From a virus, in the IMG/VR virus record IMGVR_UViG_3300028584_001238: 64,000 nucleotides of DNA. The stretch is one strand, 5' to 3'. Each line of letters opens with the position of its first letter. Positions within the stretch are counted from its first letter, which is position 1. Shown here one piece after another: positions 38,837 through 49,214 of this stretch. The notes under the pieces were generated by a model, which had not been told where the DNA came from, ran no database searches, and saw only the letters and a program-made list of their open reading frames with translations. The position numbers were made by a program, and so were the translations under genes.

Positions 38837-39271
38837 TTAAATTCCTTCAACTTTAATGGCATAGGATTGAAGTGAGATACGCTCACCGTAATAAAGGTTA
38901 ATATCGTGGTCAGTGATAACCGCGTCCTTTATCATTTTAGTGGCATCATTATAGCCCATTTCTGTCAATTGAGCAACCATTTCTTCCATAGGAACAGAAT
39001 AGGTGTTAGTTTCAGAGTCCGAATGAGTATAGTCACCATCGCTGTCATTGTAGTCTTTGACAGAATAGGTGTAAGAATCTACAAAGTAGAAAACAATGTA
39101 GTGCGATTCAACAAAATCTCGCATTTTTTTGACAACGGCGTCTGACAAATATTGTTTACGCTCCATAGTAGTAGGTGCCAACTTATCAAAACAATCAATC
39201 ATGACACCACGCTCATAGCTGGTTGGATGAAGTTTGAGTGTGTCAGGAGTTGTAATAAGTTTAAGCGACAT
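38837..39271 (-). CDS. acidic hypothetical protein
   Basis: YYG motif near end; promoter. Confidence 0.7.
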   Translation of the reverse strand: MSLKLITTPDTLKLHPTSYERGVMIDCFDKLAPTTMERKQYLSDAVVKKMRDFVESHYIVFYFVDSYTYSVKDYNDSDGDYTHSDSETNTYSVPMEEMVAQLTEMGYNDATKMIKDAVITDHDINLYYGERISLQSYAIKVEGI

Positions 39272-39340
39272 GATAAATTACCTTGTTATGAATTAAGAAG
39301 GCCCATTATACCAAATGAGCCACTTTTAATCAACTTATAT

Positions 39341-39640
39341 TTAAACGAACATGTAGAGGCAGTCGTTATAACCATCAAAAGACACGCCACAACGAACCAA
39401 TTCCAGAATCTGGTCTTTTGTAATAATTTTTGCCAGTTCTTCAATATCAACATCCAAATAAATTTCATCGTGTTCTGCGGCTGAAATAATAGTCTGACCA
39501 TCAGGCATAATTTTATCCAACAAAATGAAGGCATGAAGATCATCACGCTTACTAAATTTCACTGGAATCCTATCAAATTTATGGGGTTCATCAGTTTCGC
39601 CGTACTCGTAAAAAAACTTTTTTAAATCATCTACAGTCAT
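39341..39640 (-). CDS. hypothetical protein
   Basis: DLHAFILLD...AAEHDEIY. Confidence 0.7.
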   Translation of the reverse strand: MTVDDLKKFFYEYGETDEPHKFDRIPVKFSKRDDLHAFILLDKIMPDGQTIISAAEHDEIYLDVDIEELAKIITKDQILELVRCGVSFDGYNDCLYMFV

Positions 39641-39707
39641 AGGTATTCTCCATTATTAAAATTTAAATTACAGTGTAACACAAACAAAGAAAAGCCCGTG
39701 AAGGCTT

Positions 39708-40286
39708 TTAAATATCATCAATAAGCAGTCTTGACGCTAAGTTTTCATAATGAAAAAGAGCATGAATGAAGGTCAATCGTTCAGAAGTAGTCGGGTTCTG
39801 AATCTTATTGCAAGAAAAATCTACTCGCAAAATATCTTCTCCTAGTTTAACAGCCCCTAACAGCGTGTCATAATCAGTAGCTGAACCATAACGAATAGGA
39901 TAGGTTCTAAAATTAATGTCAGCTTTGTATTTATCATTAAATCGTACTTTCAGGTCTTTAATAATATTGCTACACACTTCGCCAGTATCAGGATAAAGTT
40001 GATCAATAGTAATTTTAAGCGGATGTCCTTCATGGAAAGTCACTGTTTTCCCATTACGAGCTAATAACTCAGTAGAAAAAATTCCCGGTGACTTATATTT
40101 AAAAAATGCATCTCCCATGATACAAGTTTTCTCAACACAAGAAAAGCCCTTAGCTTTTAAGTCATCAATAGACGACGAAAAACTAATACCTTTGTAGGTG
40201 AAGTCTCGAATGCCTTTAAATTCGTCAGCAAAAGCAGAAGAAAATAAAAACAAACAGCCCAACAAAGTAAACATTATTTTACGCAT
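39708..40286 (-). CDS. secreted protein
   Basis: signal peptide ending AFA; Cys pairs. Confidence 0.75.
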   Translation of the reverse strand: MRKIMFTLLGCLFLFSSAFADEFKGIRDFTYKGISFSSSIDDLKAKGFSCVEKTCIMGDAFFKYKSPGIFSTELLARNGKTVTFHEGHPLKITIDQLYPDTGEVCSNIIKDLKVRFNDKYKADINFRTYPIRYGSATDYDTLLGAVKLGEDILRVDFSCNKIQNPTTSERLTFIHALFHYENLASRLLIDDI

Positions 40287-40298
40287 AGCAATCTCCAT

Positions 40299-40496
40299 TT
40301 ATTCTTCTGGTAAAAACTCAACATCAACATTGTTATTTGATAGAATAAACATGATATGAGAAGCATCAGATGCTTGGTTAGCTTCAATAAGATCATTCTC
40401 TTTTGCTATCGACAAAAGAACATCATAAAGATCGTTTTCTTCAAGATTGCTTTCAATTAGATAGACATTGTTTTTTTCATCAAACGTAGACGACAT
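40299..40496 (-). CDS. small acidic protein
   Basis: ORF with RBS. Confidence 0.6.
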   Translation of the reverse strand: MSSTFDEKNNVYLIESNLEENDLYDVLLSIAKENDLIEANQASDASHIMFILSNNNVDVEFLPEE

Positions 40497-40534
40497 GTTA
40501 AGCACCTTATGTTAAGTGAACGGATTTGAATGTA

Positions 40535-40729
40535 TTATTCTAAAAATCCACCACGACCAGTTTGACCATAACGCTTACAAACAGCACTTACAGCCGCAGA
40601 GCGTTCCATTTCAAGATTACGTTTCTGACTGTCGGTTTTGGCAGATTTAATAGCCGCATCAAAACGTTTATGAACATCAGCCACATCGTCATGAATACGC
40701 GATTTGCCACCATCTTCAAAAAATGCCAT
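40535..40729 (-). CDS. small hypothetical protein
   Basis: GGAG RBS and promoter. Confidence 0.65.
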   Translation of the reverse strand: MAFFEDGGKSRIHDDVADVHKRFDAAIKSAKTDSQKRNLEMERSAAVSAVCKRYGQTGRGGFLE

Positions 40730-40851
40730 TATAAAATCTCCACTAATTTATATAACAAAATTATAGCAAATTTTAAATTAATAATCAATGTTTATTAACA
40801 AAAGAAAATAAAAAAAGGCACCGAAGTGCCTTTTGTATTGTCTTCAAATAT

Positions 40852-41436
40852 TTAATGCATCATGTTACCAACAATAATAGCAATCAAGATGATAGGGACA
40901 GCGTTTACAAAAAATAGAGATCCTACACGTTCACCAGATAGGTCACCAAAATCAATGTAAACACGAGTGCGTTCTTCTTTTTGTGTGTTACCCCAACCGT
41001 CAACCATTTTAGTTTCAAATTTTTCTGTCATAACAGCACGCAACATGAAAATCCAAATGCCAATAGTAACGAGAATGAATAAAAGACCAAGAATATTCAT
41101 GGCAAACACTTTCCAAATAATCACACCAGCCGTCAACATACCAGCCGGTGAGTCCAAAAATTTATTTGCAGCCATACCCAGTTCATCGGCGGCGACACCA
41201 AGAGAACTTGCGAACTCCTTAGCAATGATTGCAAATTCGCCAAGGTTCTTGATGTTTTCAGAACCAGCAACTGATGCTTGTTTCTCTTTGTCTTTAACAC
41301 AAAGATCCATCATTTGCTTTACCACTTCCGGTGAAAGACCATCGGTTGAGATATTACAACCAGTATTAGATGGTGCTCCATAAGCCGCAAAACTCATACT
41401 GAGGAACAACATGAGTGTAAACATAATTCGCTTCAT
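40852..41436 (-). CDS. membrane protein with signal peptide
   Basis: signal peptide and TM segments. Confidence 0.75.
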   Translation of the reverse strand: MKRIMFTLMLFLSMSFAAYGAPSNTGCNISTDGLSPEVVKQMMDLCVKDKEKQASVAGSENIKNLGEFAIIAKEFASSLGVAADELGMAANKFLDSPAGMLTAGVIIWKVFAMNILGLLFILVTIGIWIFMLRAVMTEKFETKMVDGWGNTQKEERTRVYIDFGDLSGERVGSLFFVNAVPIILIAIIVGNMMH

Positions 41437-41488
41437 TGTAGAACTCCTAGTTTATTTTTGAGACATTATAATAACACAATGGTTTGAT

Positions 41489-41953
41489 TTAAGCAACTAT
41501 TTCAACATTGTTGTACACTTCAAAACCATTGATAACACTGTGAATAACCTTCTTGATGCCATAATGGTTAATACACGACGAACAGCCCTCACAAGGCTTA
41601 CTGGTAGCTAATGTGTGGTGCAAAAGGCGTTGACGATACTTACTCTTAACCGAAGACAATCGAACCACCAGCAGCGTAGCTTTACTGAGCTTATCTGCCC
41701 CAATGATTTTTAACGCTTTATGAATAGCACTGGTTTCCGCATGAAAAAAAATAGCATGTTCGTTTTTGGCAAAACGCTTTTGAAAGGTATGGCTTTTATC
41801 GACATTGTGTTCAAGACTGATGATTTTATTTTTATAAACAATCGCTGCAGCCACCTTGTGCTGAAAACCATTGTCATCAATATGTTTAGCAAAGTTTACG
41901 ACCTTATCAATCTGAAGTCGTTCTTTGTGAGTAATACCATCATTCATTGTCAA
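41489..41953 (-). CDS. zinc-dependent cytidine/dCMP deaminase-fold protein
   Basis: HAE...PCEGC motif. Confidence 0.85.
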   Translation of the reverse strand: MTMNDGITHKERLQIDKVVNFAKHIDDNGFQHKVAAAIVYKNKIISLEHNVDKSHTFQKRFAKNEHAIFFHAETSAIHKALKIIGADKLSKATLLVVRLSSVKSKYRQRLLHHTLATSKPCEGCSSCINHYGIKKVIHSVINGFEVYNNVEIVA

Positions 41954-42043
41954 TAAGCCGTTTTAGAAATTGGAGAGTTTTATTATAACAAAAAAGACTT
42001 GATCGCTCAAGTCTTTAATTGTTAACGGTGTCGCAATAAGGTG

Positions 42044-42370
42044 TCAGACTTCTTTATGGATAAGCTCAGCAGATTGTTTTTCTTGATGCAGAGCCAAAGC
42101 CGTCTTATAGTTTTCCAGCATAGAGCAAGTTCCAGTCACCCAAATAGGGTCATAGTTGACAGGGAAGTTAGCCCAACCAGAAGCCGCACCATGTGGATTG
42201 ATTGTAAGGCCAAGAGCTTTTTCAATGGTGCTTAACTGACCTGACATAACCATCATTAAAAGCATCATTTGACGCTCACCATTAGCCACAGGATGACCAC
42301 ATGACACATGGCAATCACCGGCAATAGATTTCTTGAACGGACATTCAACACAAGGACTGGAATTGGACAT
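42044..42370 (-). CDS. Cys-rich hypothetical protein
   Basis: CVEC...HVSC...GWANFP.NYDP.W. Confidence 0.7.
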   Translation of the reverse strand: MSNSSPCVECPFKKSIAGDCHVSCGHPVANGERQMMLLMMVMSGQLSTIEKALGLTINPHGAASGWANFPVNYDPIWVTGTCSMLENYKTALALHQEKQSAELIHKEV

Positions 42371-42464
42371 GGTAGTCTCCTACGAAATTTGAGTTATTAT
42401 AGCATGATTTTTAAAATTTACAATAATAACAAAAGGCACCGAAGTGCCCTTTGATAAACCTGAC

Positions 42465-42674
42465 TTAAATCTCAGTTTCTACATAAGAACCTTTGATTTC
42501 ACGGTTGAAGAATTCACCTTTCGATGGAGACTTCAAAAGTTGGTCATACTTTGCACGAGGAACCTTACGGAACTCATAAAGACGACCGGAATTGAACTGA
42601 ACTTGCAGAGTGCGACGACGATAGCCGACTTGAAAGATTGAGCTGGATTCTACAGTATTCATTTTGATAGTCAT
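42465..42674 (-). CDS. KTSC domain protein
   Basis: VESSSI..VGY...L.VQF..G..Y....VP...SKGEFFN..IKG. Confidence 0.9.
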   Translation of the reverse strand: MTIKMNTVESSSIFQVGYRRRTLQVQFNSGRLYEFRKVPRAKYDQLLKSPSKGEFFNREIKGSYVETEI

Positions 42675-42839
42675 ATTTGCTCTCCTGTTTGTGTGTGAGT
42701 ATTATACCAAGAAAATCATAAAAAAGCAAATTTCTCTAAAAATATATAATGTTTTAAAGTCTTTTAAATCAATCACTTACAAGCGATTATAATCTTTTTT
42801 CAATCTTTTTTAAGGTCTAAAAAACAACATAAAAATCAA

Positions 42840-43049
42840 CTATTTAAACTCGTTTTTTTCGAAGAAAAACAATAGAATTTTGAAAAATAATGGAATGACG
42901 ACGAATGGTATGCTAAAAATGCCAAAAAACATCAATACACTTTTCTCTGGCAAATTGTAAAAGACTGCAAGACAGAGGAAGAAGGCAATAAAAAAAATCC
43001 CAGCATGGGATTCAATGAGATTTAAATAATGTTTGATAAAATGTGCCAA
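42840..43049 (-). CDS. small membrane protein
   Basis: 2 TM. Confidence 0.5.
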   Translation of the reverse strand: MAHFIKHYLNLIESHAGIFFIAFFLCLAVFYNLPEKSVLMFFGIFSIPFVVIPLFFKILLFFFEKNEFK

Positions 43050-43068
43050 TGGTTGATACCTAAAAATG

Positions 43069-43320
43069 TTAAGAGATAATAAGCTTCCAATCGTCGTCAG
43101 TCAGCTTCCCAGCATGGGTTAAAATAGGAAATCCAAACAGCTTATGCACAATCCCTTTTTCAATGTCAGTATAAGTGATCTTATCATCAATGATACGATA
43201 GGTGCCCAAAATTAAAGTTTTCTTGCTGTAATAAGACCCAAAAATCTTAACGAAAAGATTCTGTGGGTCTTTAAGCAATACTAACGAAAAAAAGCTATGG
43301 GTTGGTTGTGAAGATTTCAA
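43069..43320 (-). CDS. hypothetical protein
   Basis: AGGAG RBS, TTG start. Confidence 0.6.
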   Translation of the reverse strand: MKSSQPTHSFFSLVLLKDPQNLFVKIFGSYYSKKTLILGTYRIIDDKITYTDIEKGIVHKLFGFPILTHAGKLTDDDWKLIIS

Positions 43321-43378
43321 AACAGATGGCTCCTAAATATGGGAAAATTATACCATCAAATAAGCCCACAATCAATCA

Positions 43379-43810
43379 TTAAACGAATGAAATAGTGTGT
43401 TCTTGGCAAGTTCTTTCAATGACTTCATGGTGTTCAGTAAACGAGCCTGTGGGCTTACAAGCGATGTCACAAGCCGTCATGATAGGGATGACAACATGAA
43501 GGTAGAGATCCCTAATCTCATCTGTTGTAAAGCGTCGAGAACACGCAAAACCAATTTGAAATGAATCATCATCATGATCAATAATTCGTTCCAATCCTTC
43601 AATCGTCATGTAGGCATAATCATCTTCTACATGTTCTTTAAATAGAAGAATTGTTTCATAAACAGAGAATTGAGAGTCTGTCAGCAGCGATTGCAAATAA
43701 TCAACCGAATGCAGTTTTTCAAAAAAAGAATTAGAAATGTCCTGCATGGACAAAGCACCACTTAAATTGAATGAGAAGGTGTAAATACCACCATTATAGG
43801 TTTTAGACAT
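43379..43810 (-). CDS. hypothetical protein
   Basis: AGGA RBS. Confidence 0.7.
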   Translation of the reverse strand: MSKTYNGGIYTFSFNLSGALSMQDISNSFFEKLHSVDYLQSLLTDSQFSVYETILLFKEHVEDDYAYMTIEGLERIIDHDDDSFQIGFACSRRFTTDEIRDLYLHVVIPIMTACDIACKPTGSFTEHHEVIERTCQEHTISFV

Positions 43811-43843
43811 GATGTTTTTCCTAAAATTAAAAATTTATGATAA

Positions 43844-45004
43844 TTAGTTGTAGTGATTAATAACAGTCAACAGCAAATCAAAATCGCTCATCAAATCACC
43901 TGAGTCATTGGAGTGAAGATTAAATCCGCGTGCAGAGTCATAAACCAGACCATTATCATCTTCAAAGTGATGCAGATAATATTGAGCCGATTTATCATAA
44001 CCATCGTGTTCAATCATCACTGGATAGGTGGTTGGTCCATAGGAACGCCCGATATAATACTGAGCCATTTCCAAATAATTCGTACAATCCTCAACCATTT
44101 CAGAATAGTAGAAATCATCATGGTCAGCTTTCACGTCTTGAGCAGCTTTCCACACTTTATAACGACCAGTTGCTTTCTCAAAGACATAAGCATACAGAGT
44201 ATTCTGACTGCGTTGAGACATCATCAGATGAGTGTCAGTTTCTTCAAGATACGCATAGTTATCAGAATCGTTGAAAGCGAACTGCTTGTCAGCAGTGGCC
44301 TTCTTTTTGCGAAGCAAGCTTTTCCATACTTTGAAAGCGTCTTCAAGTGTCTTTTGAGAACGATTAACTTTCTGAAAACTACTTTTTTTGTTATCATCAA
44401 TAAAGGTAAGCTGTTCTTCACTAAACGCTTCTGGAAATTTATCACACAGTCCAAGAAGGTCTTTTGAAACATAAGCCACTGGATAGTAAGTGCTAAGGCG
44501 AGCAATACCATACTCATTAAACTCATTAGAGCTATAACGATCTTTGTTGGTAAAGGTAATAAATGATTGTTGTGGATAAAGGCTGGTCAATTCAATGAAA
44601 CGCTCATGAATAAGATCCACATCATAAATAATAGGTTCTTTAAATTTCTCAGGAAGCGATGAAAAATCAGGAGCTTTATATTTTGAATAGACAGTGTAAT
44701 CATTAACCGATTGTTTCACATGATAGCGAAATCCATCAATGTTAAAAATAAGAGAATTAGTTGAATCTTCTTCTGAAACCTTACGAAGTGTTTGCATTGT
44801 CAACTTGTTGACCAATTCAAGTTGTTCAGGTGTTGCTGTTTTATCAATGACAGCTCGCATCAATTCCATTGTCATGACAACAGGTTCTTCGATGGGTGTA
44901 TATTTTTTGAACTCGACAATACTCTGATCGAGTTTATCCGAAAACAGATAATCGGTCAGAGCATTAACGATGGAAACAACTTGTTGGTTGGTGCTGGTAG
45001 TCAT
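43844..45004 (-). CDS. hypothetical protein
   Basis: 386-aa ORF coupled to upstream gene. Confidence 0.8.
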   Translation of the reverse strand: MTTSTNQQVVSIVNALTDYLFSDKLDQSIVEFKKYTPIEEPVVMTMELMRAVIDKTATPEQLELVNKLTMQTLRKVSEEDSTNSLIFNIDGFRYHVKQSVNDYTVYSKYKAPDFSSLPEKFKEPIIYDVDLIHERFIELTSLYPQQSFITFTNKDRYSSNEFNEYGIARLSTYYPVAYVSKDLLGLCDKFPEAFSEEQLTFIDDNKKSSFQKVNRSQKTLEDAFKVWKSLLRKKKATADKQFAFNDSDNYAYLEETDTHLMMSQRSQNTLYAYVFEKATGRYKVWKAAQDVKADHDDFYYSEMVEDCTNYLEMAQYYIGRSYGPTTYPVMIEHDGYDKSAQYYLHHFEDDNGLVYDSARGFNLHSNDSGDLMSDFDLLLTVINHYN

Positions 45005-45330
45005 TACACATTTCCTTGCTTAATATCGGATTCGGCTTGTTCTTGTTCATATTTTGCTTTCATTTTGTCATGATAAGCATCAACCTTTGCATCAAATTCA
45101 ACAAGGTCGCTGTCGTCAAGATTGCCTTTTTCTTCTTCACGATCCACCAAATGACCAACCGCTTCATCTGGATACCAACCGCTTGGAACAAGACCACTCA
45201 AAATACCAAACTCCATTGCCAAATCAAAAGCAATATTCTCTTTGGTTTCATCTTTGGAACAGGCATCAGGAATCAAGCTAACCACATGGGCCAGCCATTC
45301 ATCATGAGTCATAATATATTGAATAGTCAT
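45004..45330 (-). CDS. acidic hypothetical protein
   Basis: AAGGA RBS. Confidence 0.7.
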   Translation of the reverse strand: MTIQYIMTHDEWLAHVVSLIPDACSKDETKENIAFDLAMEFGILSGLVPSGWYPDEAVGHLVDREEEKGNLDDSDLVEFDAKVDAYHDKMKAKYEQEQAESDIKQGNV

Positions 45331-45342
45331 TGTTTGATATCC

Positions 45343-45522
45343 TTAATAATTTTGGCTAAATTTATAAGTGCATTGTTTGTGACACAAGTGTGTAACTTCA
45401 TTTTTCTCTAATGCCAACAGAGAAGCAAAGACAACTGAAAGAGTCGCAGCCCACATACTACCTGTAACAACAAGTGTTAAAACACTTACAACAATGAGAA
45501 CTTTCAACAGTAACATACGCAT
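45343..45522 (-). CDS. small membrane protein
   Basis: MRMLLLKVLIVVSVL...; GGAGG upstream; absent from ORF track. Confidence 0.5.
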   Translation of the reverse strand: MRMLLLKVLIVVSVLTLVVTGSMWAATLSVVFASLLALEKNEVTHLCHKQCTYKFSQNY

Positions 45523-45637
45523 TTTCCATCCTCCATACTACCTTATATGGTAGTTATTGGAAAGAATTATACCACTTTCATCAAAAATCGTCAATAAAAA
45601 AAGGCCCGCTAATGAGCCTTTTGTCGTATTTTAATAC

Positions 45638-46348
45638 TTATGAATTGTAGTATAGCAAGTCATTTTCAAGATCCATCTTCCAACCAAGACGTACAAAATC
45701 ATTTGCTTCCTTTTCGGTATGAAAGCGTTTTCCTAAAGAATAGTTGTCAACACCATAAATTAAGACAATCCACTCACCTTTTTCAAGAACATCCTGCTCT
45801 GTGTCAAATTCAAAAGTGCCACTTTTAAAAATATGAACAGAAACAAACTCCCTTTTATCAGGCATACTAAATGCAGCAGAATGCAACGTAATCAAATTAT
45901 TCAAAATAAAATGGTTTTCGTTAGGTATTTCAACAAAACCCACAAAACTTGTTTTACCAGCTTTGCGGTCATCTGCATCAAAATAGAATGAAGGCGTCAA
46001 ATAATCTTTGAAATGTTCAGGCATGTCAGGAATATTGGCAATTTGTTTCAATTCCAAAGAAATGGTTGAGCGAGCAATCGCATCATCAATATCTTGTTGA
46101 GCCATCAGCAACCTTGGACGTGTAATGACTTCTGAAATCCCTTCAGCATAGCGAAGTTTTTCAACAGACTTCCCAACACGAACTTCGGAGACAACACCTG
46201 TATAATCAACCAAACTGGCGACTTGTGCAACGGTGTGGTCAATAACATCAATGCCAGTCCGCTCTTTAAAGGCTTCTGGAGTTTCAGCATAGACTTCAAC
46301 AGCCATCACTTTATTACCATAACGGAAATATGCTTTTCTACCGATCAT
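45638..46348 (-). CDS. hypothetical protein
   Basis: AGGTG RBS and promoter. Confidence 0.75.
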   Translation of the reverse strand: MIGRKAYFRYGNKVMAVEVYAETPEAFKERTGIDVIDHTVAQVASLVDYTGVVSEVRVGKSVEKLRYAEGISEVITRPRLLMAQQDIDDAIARSTISLELKQIANIPDMPEHFKDYLTPSFYFDADDRKAGKTSFVGFVEIPNENHFILNNLITLHSAAFSMPDKREFVSVHIFKSGTFEFDTEQDVLEKGEWIVLIYGVDNYSLGKRFHTEKEANDFVRLGWKMDLENDLLYYNS

Positions 46349-46448
46349 GTTGTCACCTGTTTGTTTAATTAAGATAGTGATTATACCATAGTATAAGAGT
46401 TCTGGAAAGAAAAAAGCAGCACGAAGACTGCTTTTTTAACTATCAATA

Positions 46449-47342
46449 TTAATTTTCGATGGCAGGTTCAACGAATTTTGCAAGGCGTTTACTTTCATCG
46501 TAGAAGTAAAGGTCAATATCCTCAACAGCACGACCTTCAAAGCGTTTAATGAACTCAGCCATGACAGCCGTTGGAACCATCTTAAACTCTACACTACCAT
46601 CATCCCTTTCCTTCACGTAGAAAGGCTTATCAAAGGGTTTACGAAGCGTGAAAGCTTCCAGACGAACATTATAACCAAGTGGTGAAATAGCGTCCAAAAT
46701 GACCTCTTTCTTGTAGTCGCCTTGTTCAAAGACAAGTTCATCAGAAGAAAGGCTATACACACACGAAACATCCACACCGGCTTTAATCAATTTATCAGCA
46801 ATCTGGTTCATCATGAAGTATTGAACCTTTTGTTGACGTTTAGGATTCAAGTTACCAAACAAGATTTGGCGAGTAATTTTACTGATGAGCATGTATTCAT
46901 TAAAACCACGGCTAATCGCAAATTCTGCATAATCGGTATGACCACCAAAAATGGTAGGTTCTACCAGCAACAGCGACTGAAAGTTGGCTTTAACCAAATC
47001 AATACTGTAAAACTTTTTATCAGCCTTATCCGACTTGTAAAGGTCTTTTGCACTGATTTTGATTTCTTTGTTGAACACACTCATGTCCATTGCGTTAAAA
47101 CGAGCGTATTCAGGCGAAGCCGAGATCATATCAAGGGTGCCATTCACTGTTTTACGGTTATGTTCAAAGAAGAATTGACTACCGAACGACTCAAAGTCAC
47201 GCTTAAAAGTTTCGTATTTTTCAACGGAACCATAGTAAGGGCTGGTCAGTTCAAGGTAATGTTCAAAGTAGGGAGACTTATCGACTGCAATCGGCAGTTT
47301 AAGGTCTTTGATGAAATTTTTGTTAAAGTCGGAAGCTTTCAT
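46449..47342 (-). CDS. putative polymerase palm-like protein
   Basis: SIDLVKANF and SLSSDELVF resemble palm motifs A and C. Confidence 0.55.
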   Translation of the reverse strand: MKASDFNKNFIKDLKLPIAVDKSPYFEHYLELTSPYYGSVEKYETFKRDFESFGSQFFFEHNRKTVNGTLDMISASPEYARFNAMDMSVFNKEIKISAKDLYKSDKADKKFYSIDLVKANFQSLLLVEPTIFGGHTDYAEFAISRGFNEYMLISKITRQILFGNLNPKRQQKVQYFMMNQIADKLIKAGVDVSCVYSLSSDELVFEQGDYKKEVILDAISPLGYNVRLEAFTLRKPFDKPFYVKERDDGSVEFKMVPTAVMAEFIKRFEGRAVEDIDLYFYDESKRLAKFVEPAIEN

Positions 47343-47407
47343 GGTTATTCACTCTGCTTGAAATATGGAGCTATTATACCATGAATGAAGGCTTGCGTCT
47401 ACAGAGA

Positions 47408-47539
47408 CTACTTACTTTTACGGTTATTACTCCAGTCATCAATTTCTTTTTTATTGATGACTTTTTCATTAACGACTCTTCGAATAGGTGGGCCTTCTGG
47501 CCTGATAGGTGGTGTTGGTTTGGTTTTGTCATCGCTCAT
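47408..47539 (-). CDS. small Pro/Lys-rich protein (43 aa)
   Basis: MSDDKTKPTPPIRPEGPPIRR...; TAAGGAG RBS. Confidence 0.55.
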   Translation of the reverse strand: MSDDKTKPTPPIRPEGPPIRRVVNEKVINKKEIDDWSNNRKSK

Positions 47540-47584
47540 AGAAATCTCCTTATTACATTAAAGATAAGAGAAATCTATTAAATG

Positions 47585-47860
47585 TCAAAGAAAAAATTCT
47601 GACACTGGTTCATTCTTTTTATCAATAATGATTTGCATTTCATGCAAAGTCGTCAGCATTTCTTCTTCATTACCAAACACTTTAAGTCGAGCATACTGTT
47701 CAACCAGTAACCAGTAACTGACAAACTCTTTTTTGAAGTCGGCCATAGTCATTGAAAACAACTTATCTGTTCTCATAAGTTCTGGATCATCAAGTTCATT
47801 TAATGTTTTTTCATATTTGTCAACCAAGTTAACAAAGGCAATAAAAGTTTTATTGGACAT
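47585..47860 (-). CDS. hypothetical protein
   Basis: GGAG RBS and promoter. Confidence 0.7.
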   Translation of the reverse strand: MSNKTFIAFVNLVDKYEKTLNELDDPELMRTDKLFSMTMADFKKEFVSYWLLVEQYARLKVFGNEEEMLTTLHEMQIIIDKKNEPVSEFFL

Positions 47861-47901
47861 AGAAAAGGCTCCGTTGTTGGAGCCAATTATAGCAGCTTTT
47901 A

Positions 47902-48483
47902 TTATTTTTGCAAATTGAGCTTTTCTTCGCCATGCTTTTCATGTTCTGCAGGCTTATCTGAATTAGGTAATATCTTATTCAAACTGAGCAATGTGGTGAC
48001 GTATTTCCCCACCAAGTTACTTTCTGGAACATATCCCCAGAAACGGCTGTCGTAAGAGTGATTAATGTTATCACCAATGGCAAAATAGTAACCAACTGGA
48101 ACAACAGCTTTTTTCATATCCGGCATATCAGTGGGCATTTCATTAATTTTAAATGAATGGTCATTGAAGTAAACGGTATCACCCGCTACTGCCACAATAC
48201 GTTTTACATAATTGGTGCTTTCATCCAGTGGCATTCTAAACACAGCAATATCACCACGTTCTGGATGGCCTGTTTTTAAAATCTCAATTTTAGTGAAAGG
48301 TATTTTTAGTCCATAACTATGAACATCAACCAGTATAAATGATTTTTCATCAATGGTCGGTATCATCGATCCAGTAGGCACATAAGATGGATTATAAGCA
48401 AAAGATTTGAAGGATAAGATAGCAACAAGTATAAGAATAGTTGTTTTGTCTAATTTTATATAATTAATAAATTTACTGAACAT
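47902..48483 (-). CDS. lepB: signal peptidase I
   Basis: TM, GSMIPT (Ser), YVKRIV (Lys), GDN..HSYDSRFWG. Confidence 0.92.
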   Translation of the reverse strand: MFSKFINYIKLDKTTILILVAILSFKSFAYNPSYVPTGSMIPTIDEKSFILVDVHSYGLKIPFTKIEILKTGHPERGDIAVFRMPLDESTNYVKRIVAVAGDTVYFNDHSFKINEMPTDMPDMKKAVVPVGYYFAIGDNINHSYDSRFWGYVPESNLVGKYVTTLLSLNKILPNSDKPAEHEKHGEEKLNLQK

Positions 48484-48593
48484 GATGGCTCCATTAGTGT
48501 AAATAAAAGAGTATCACTCTTACAGAAAAAATCAAGTTAATAAAAATCCATAAAAAAAGCCTCCGAAGAGGCTTTAGAGCTTACAAGTTGGTT

Positions 48594-49214
48594 TTAGGAC
48601 ATTTTACCTGTTACATTTTGAATGGCTTCTTCAATGTGTGTCATGAAAAAAGCACCTTCGTAGGTTGTGCGATAATGCTGGGTTTGTTGTTCAAGGTATT
48701 TAACAGGATCTACATCTCCCCATGCAGGATGTGGCACCAGCATTTTTGGAACATGCTCAATAACCCATTCATGAAAAGCTTGATCCAAACGAGAAAATTG
48801 TTCACCAAAAATAGTTTTAATGATTTCATTATTTTCTTCTGCGGTTAACTGACTTCCACTGTCCTTTGCATAAGAAAGGTAAAGCAAGTTTGCGGCCATA
48901 TCGTAGAAAACTTCTGACAAAGAGACACACATCAAATGACTTTGAGTGACTGTATTGGTCAATTTTTTAACTCGCATCATGTGGAGAATATCGTCATCAT
49001 TGAATACAGAACCCGCCACATCCCAACGATAAGTAGATTGACGCCGCATTTCAATTGGAACAGTTGCAGCAGAATCCCGTTCTACCCAACGAGAAGATGC
49101 TTCTTCATCAAGCACAGTAATAATGGCGTGAAGGCGTTGTTCTGGTGTTTTGAACTTTTTGCATTTAACTCGATCAAGGTTTTCAATCAAAGGATATTCG
49201 TTTGATGTGGTCAT
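48594..49214 (-). CDS. hypothetical protein
   Basis: 206-aa ORF with RBS. Confidence 0.7.
   Translation of the reverse strand: MTTSNEYPLIENLDRVKCKKFKTPEQRLHAIITVLDEEASSRWVERDSAATVPIEMRRQSTYRWDVAGSVFNDDDILHMMRVKKLTNTVTQSHLMCVSLSEVFYDMAANLLYLSYAKDSGSQLTAEENNEIIKTIFGEQFSRLDQAFHEWVIEHVPKMLVPHPAWGDVDPVKYLEQQTQHYRTTYEGAFFMTHIEEAIQNVTGKMS

Noticed and set aside
42767-42846. Two IHF consensus matches (WATCAANNNNTTR)
   Set aside because: Expected by chance in AT-rich DNA; no supporting recombination or origin context
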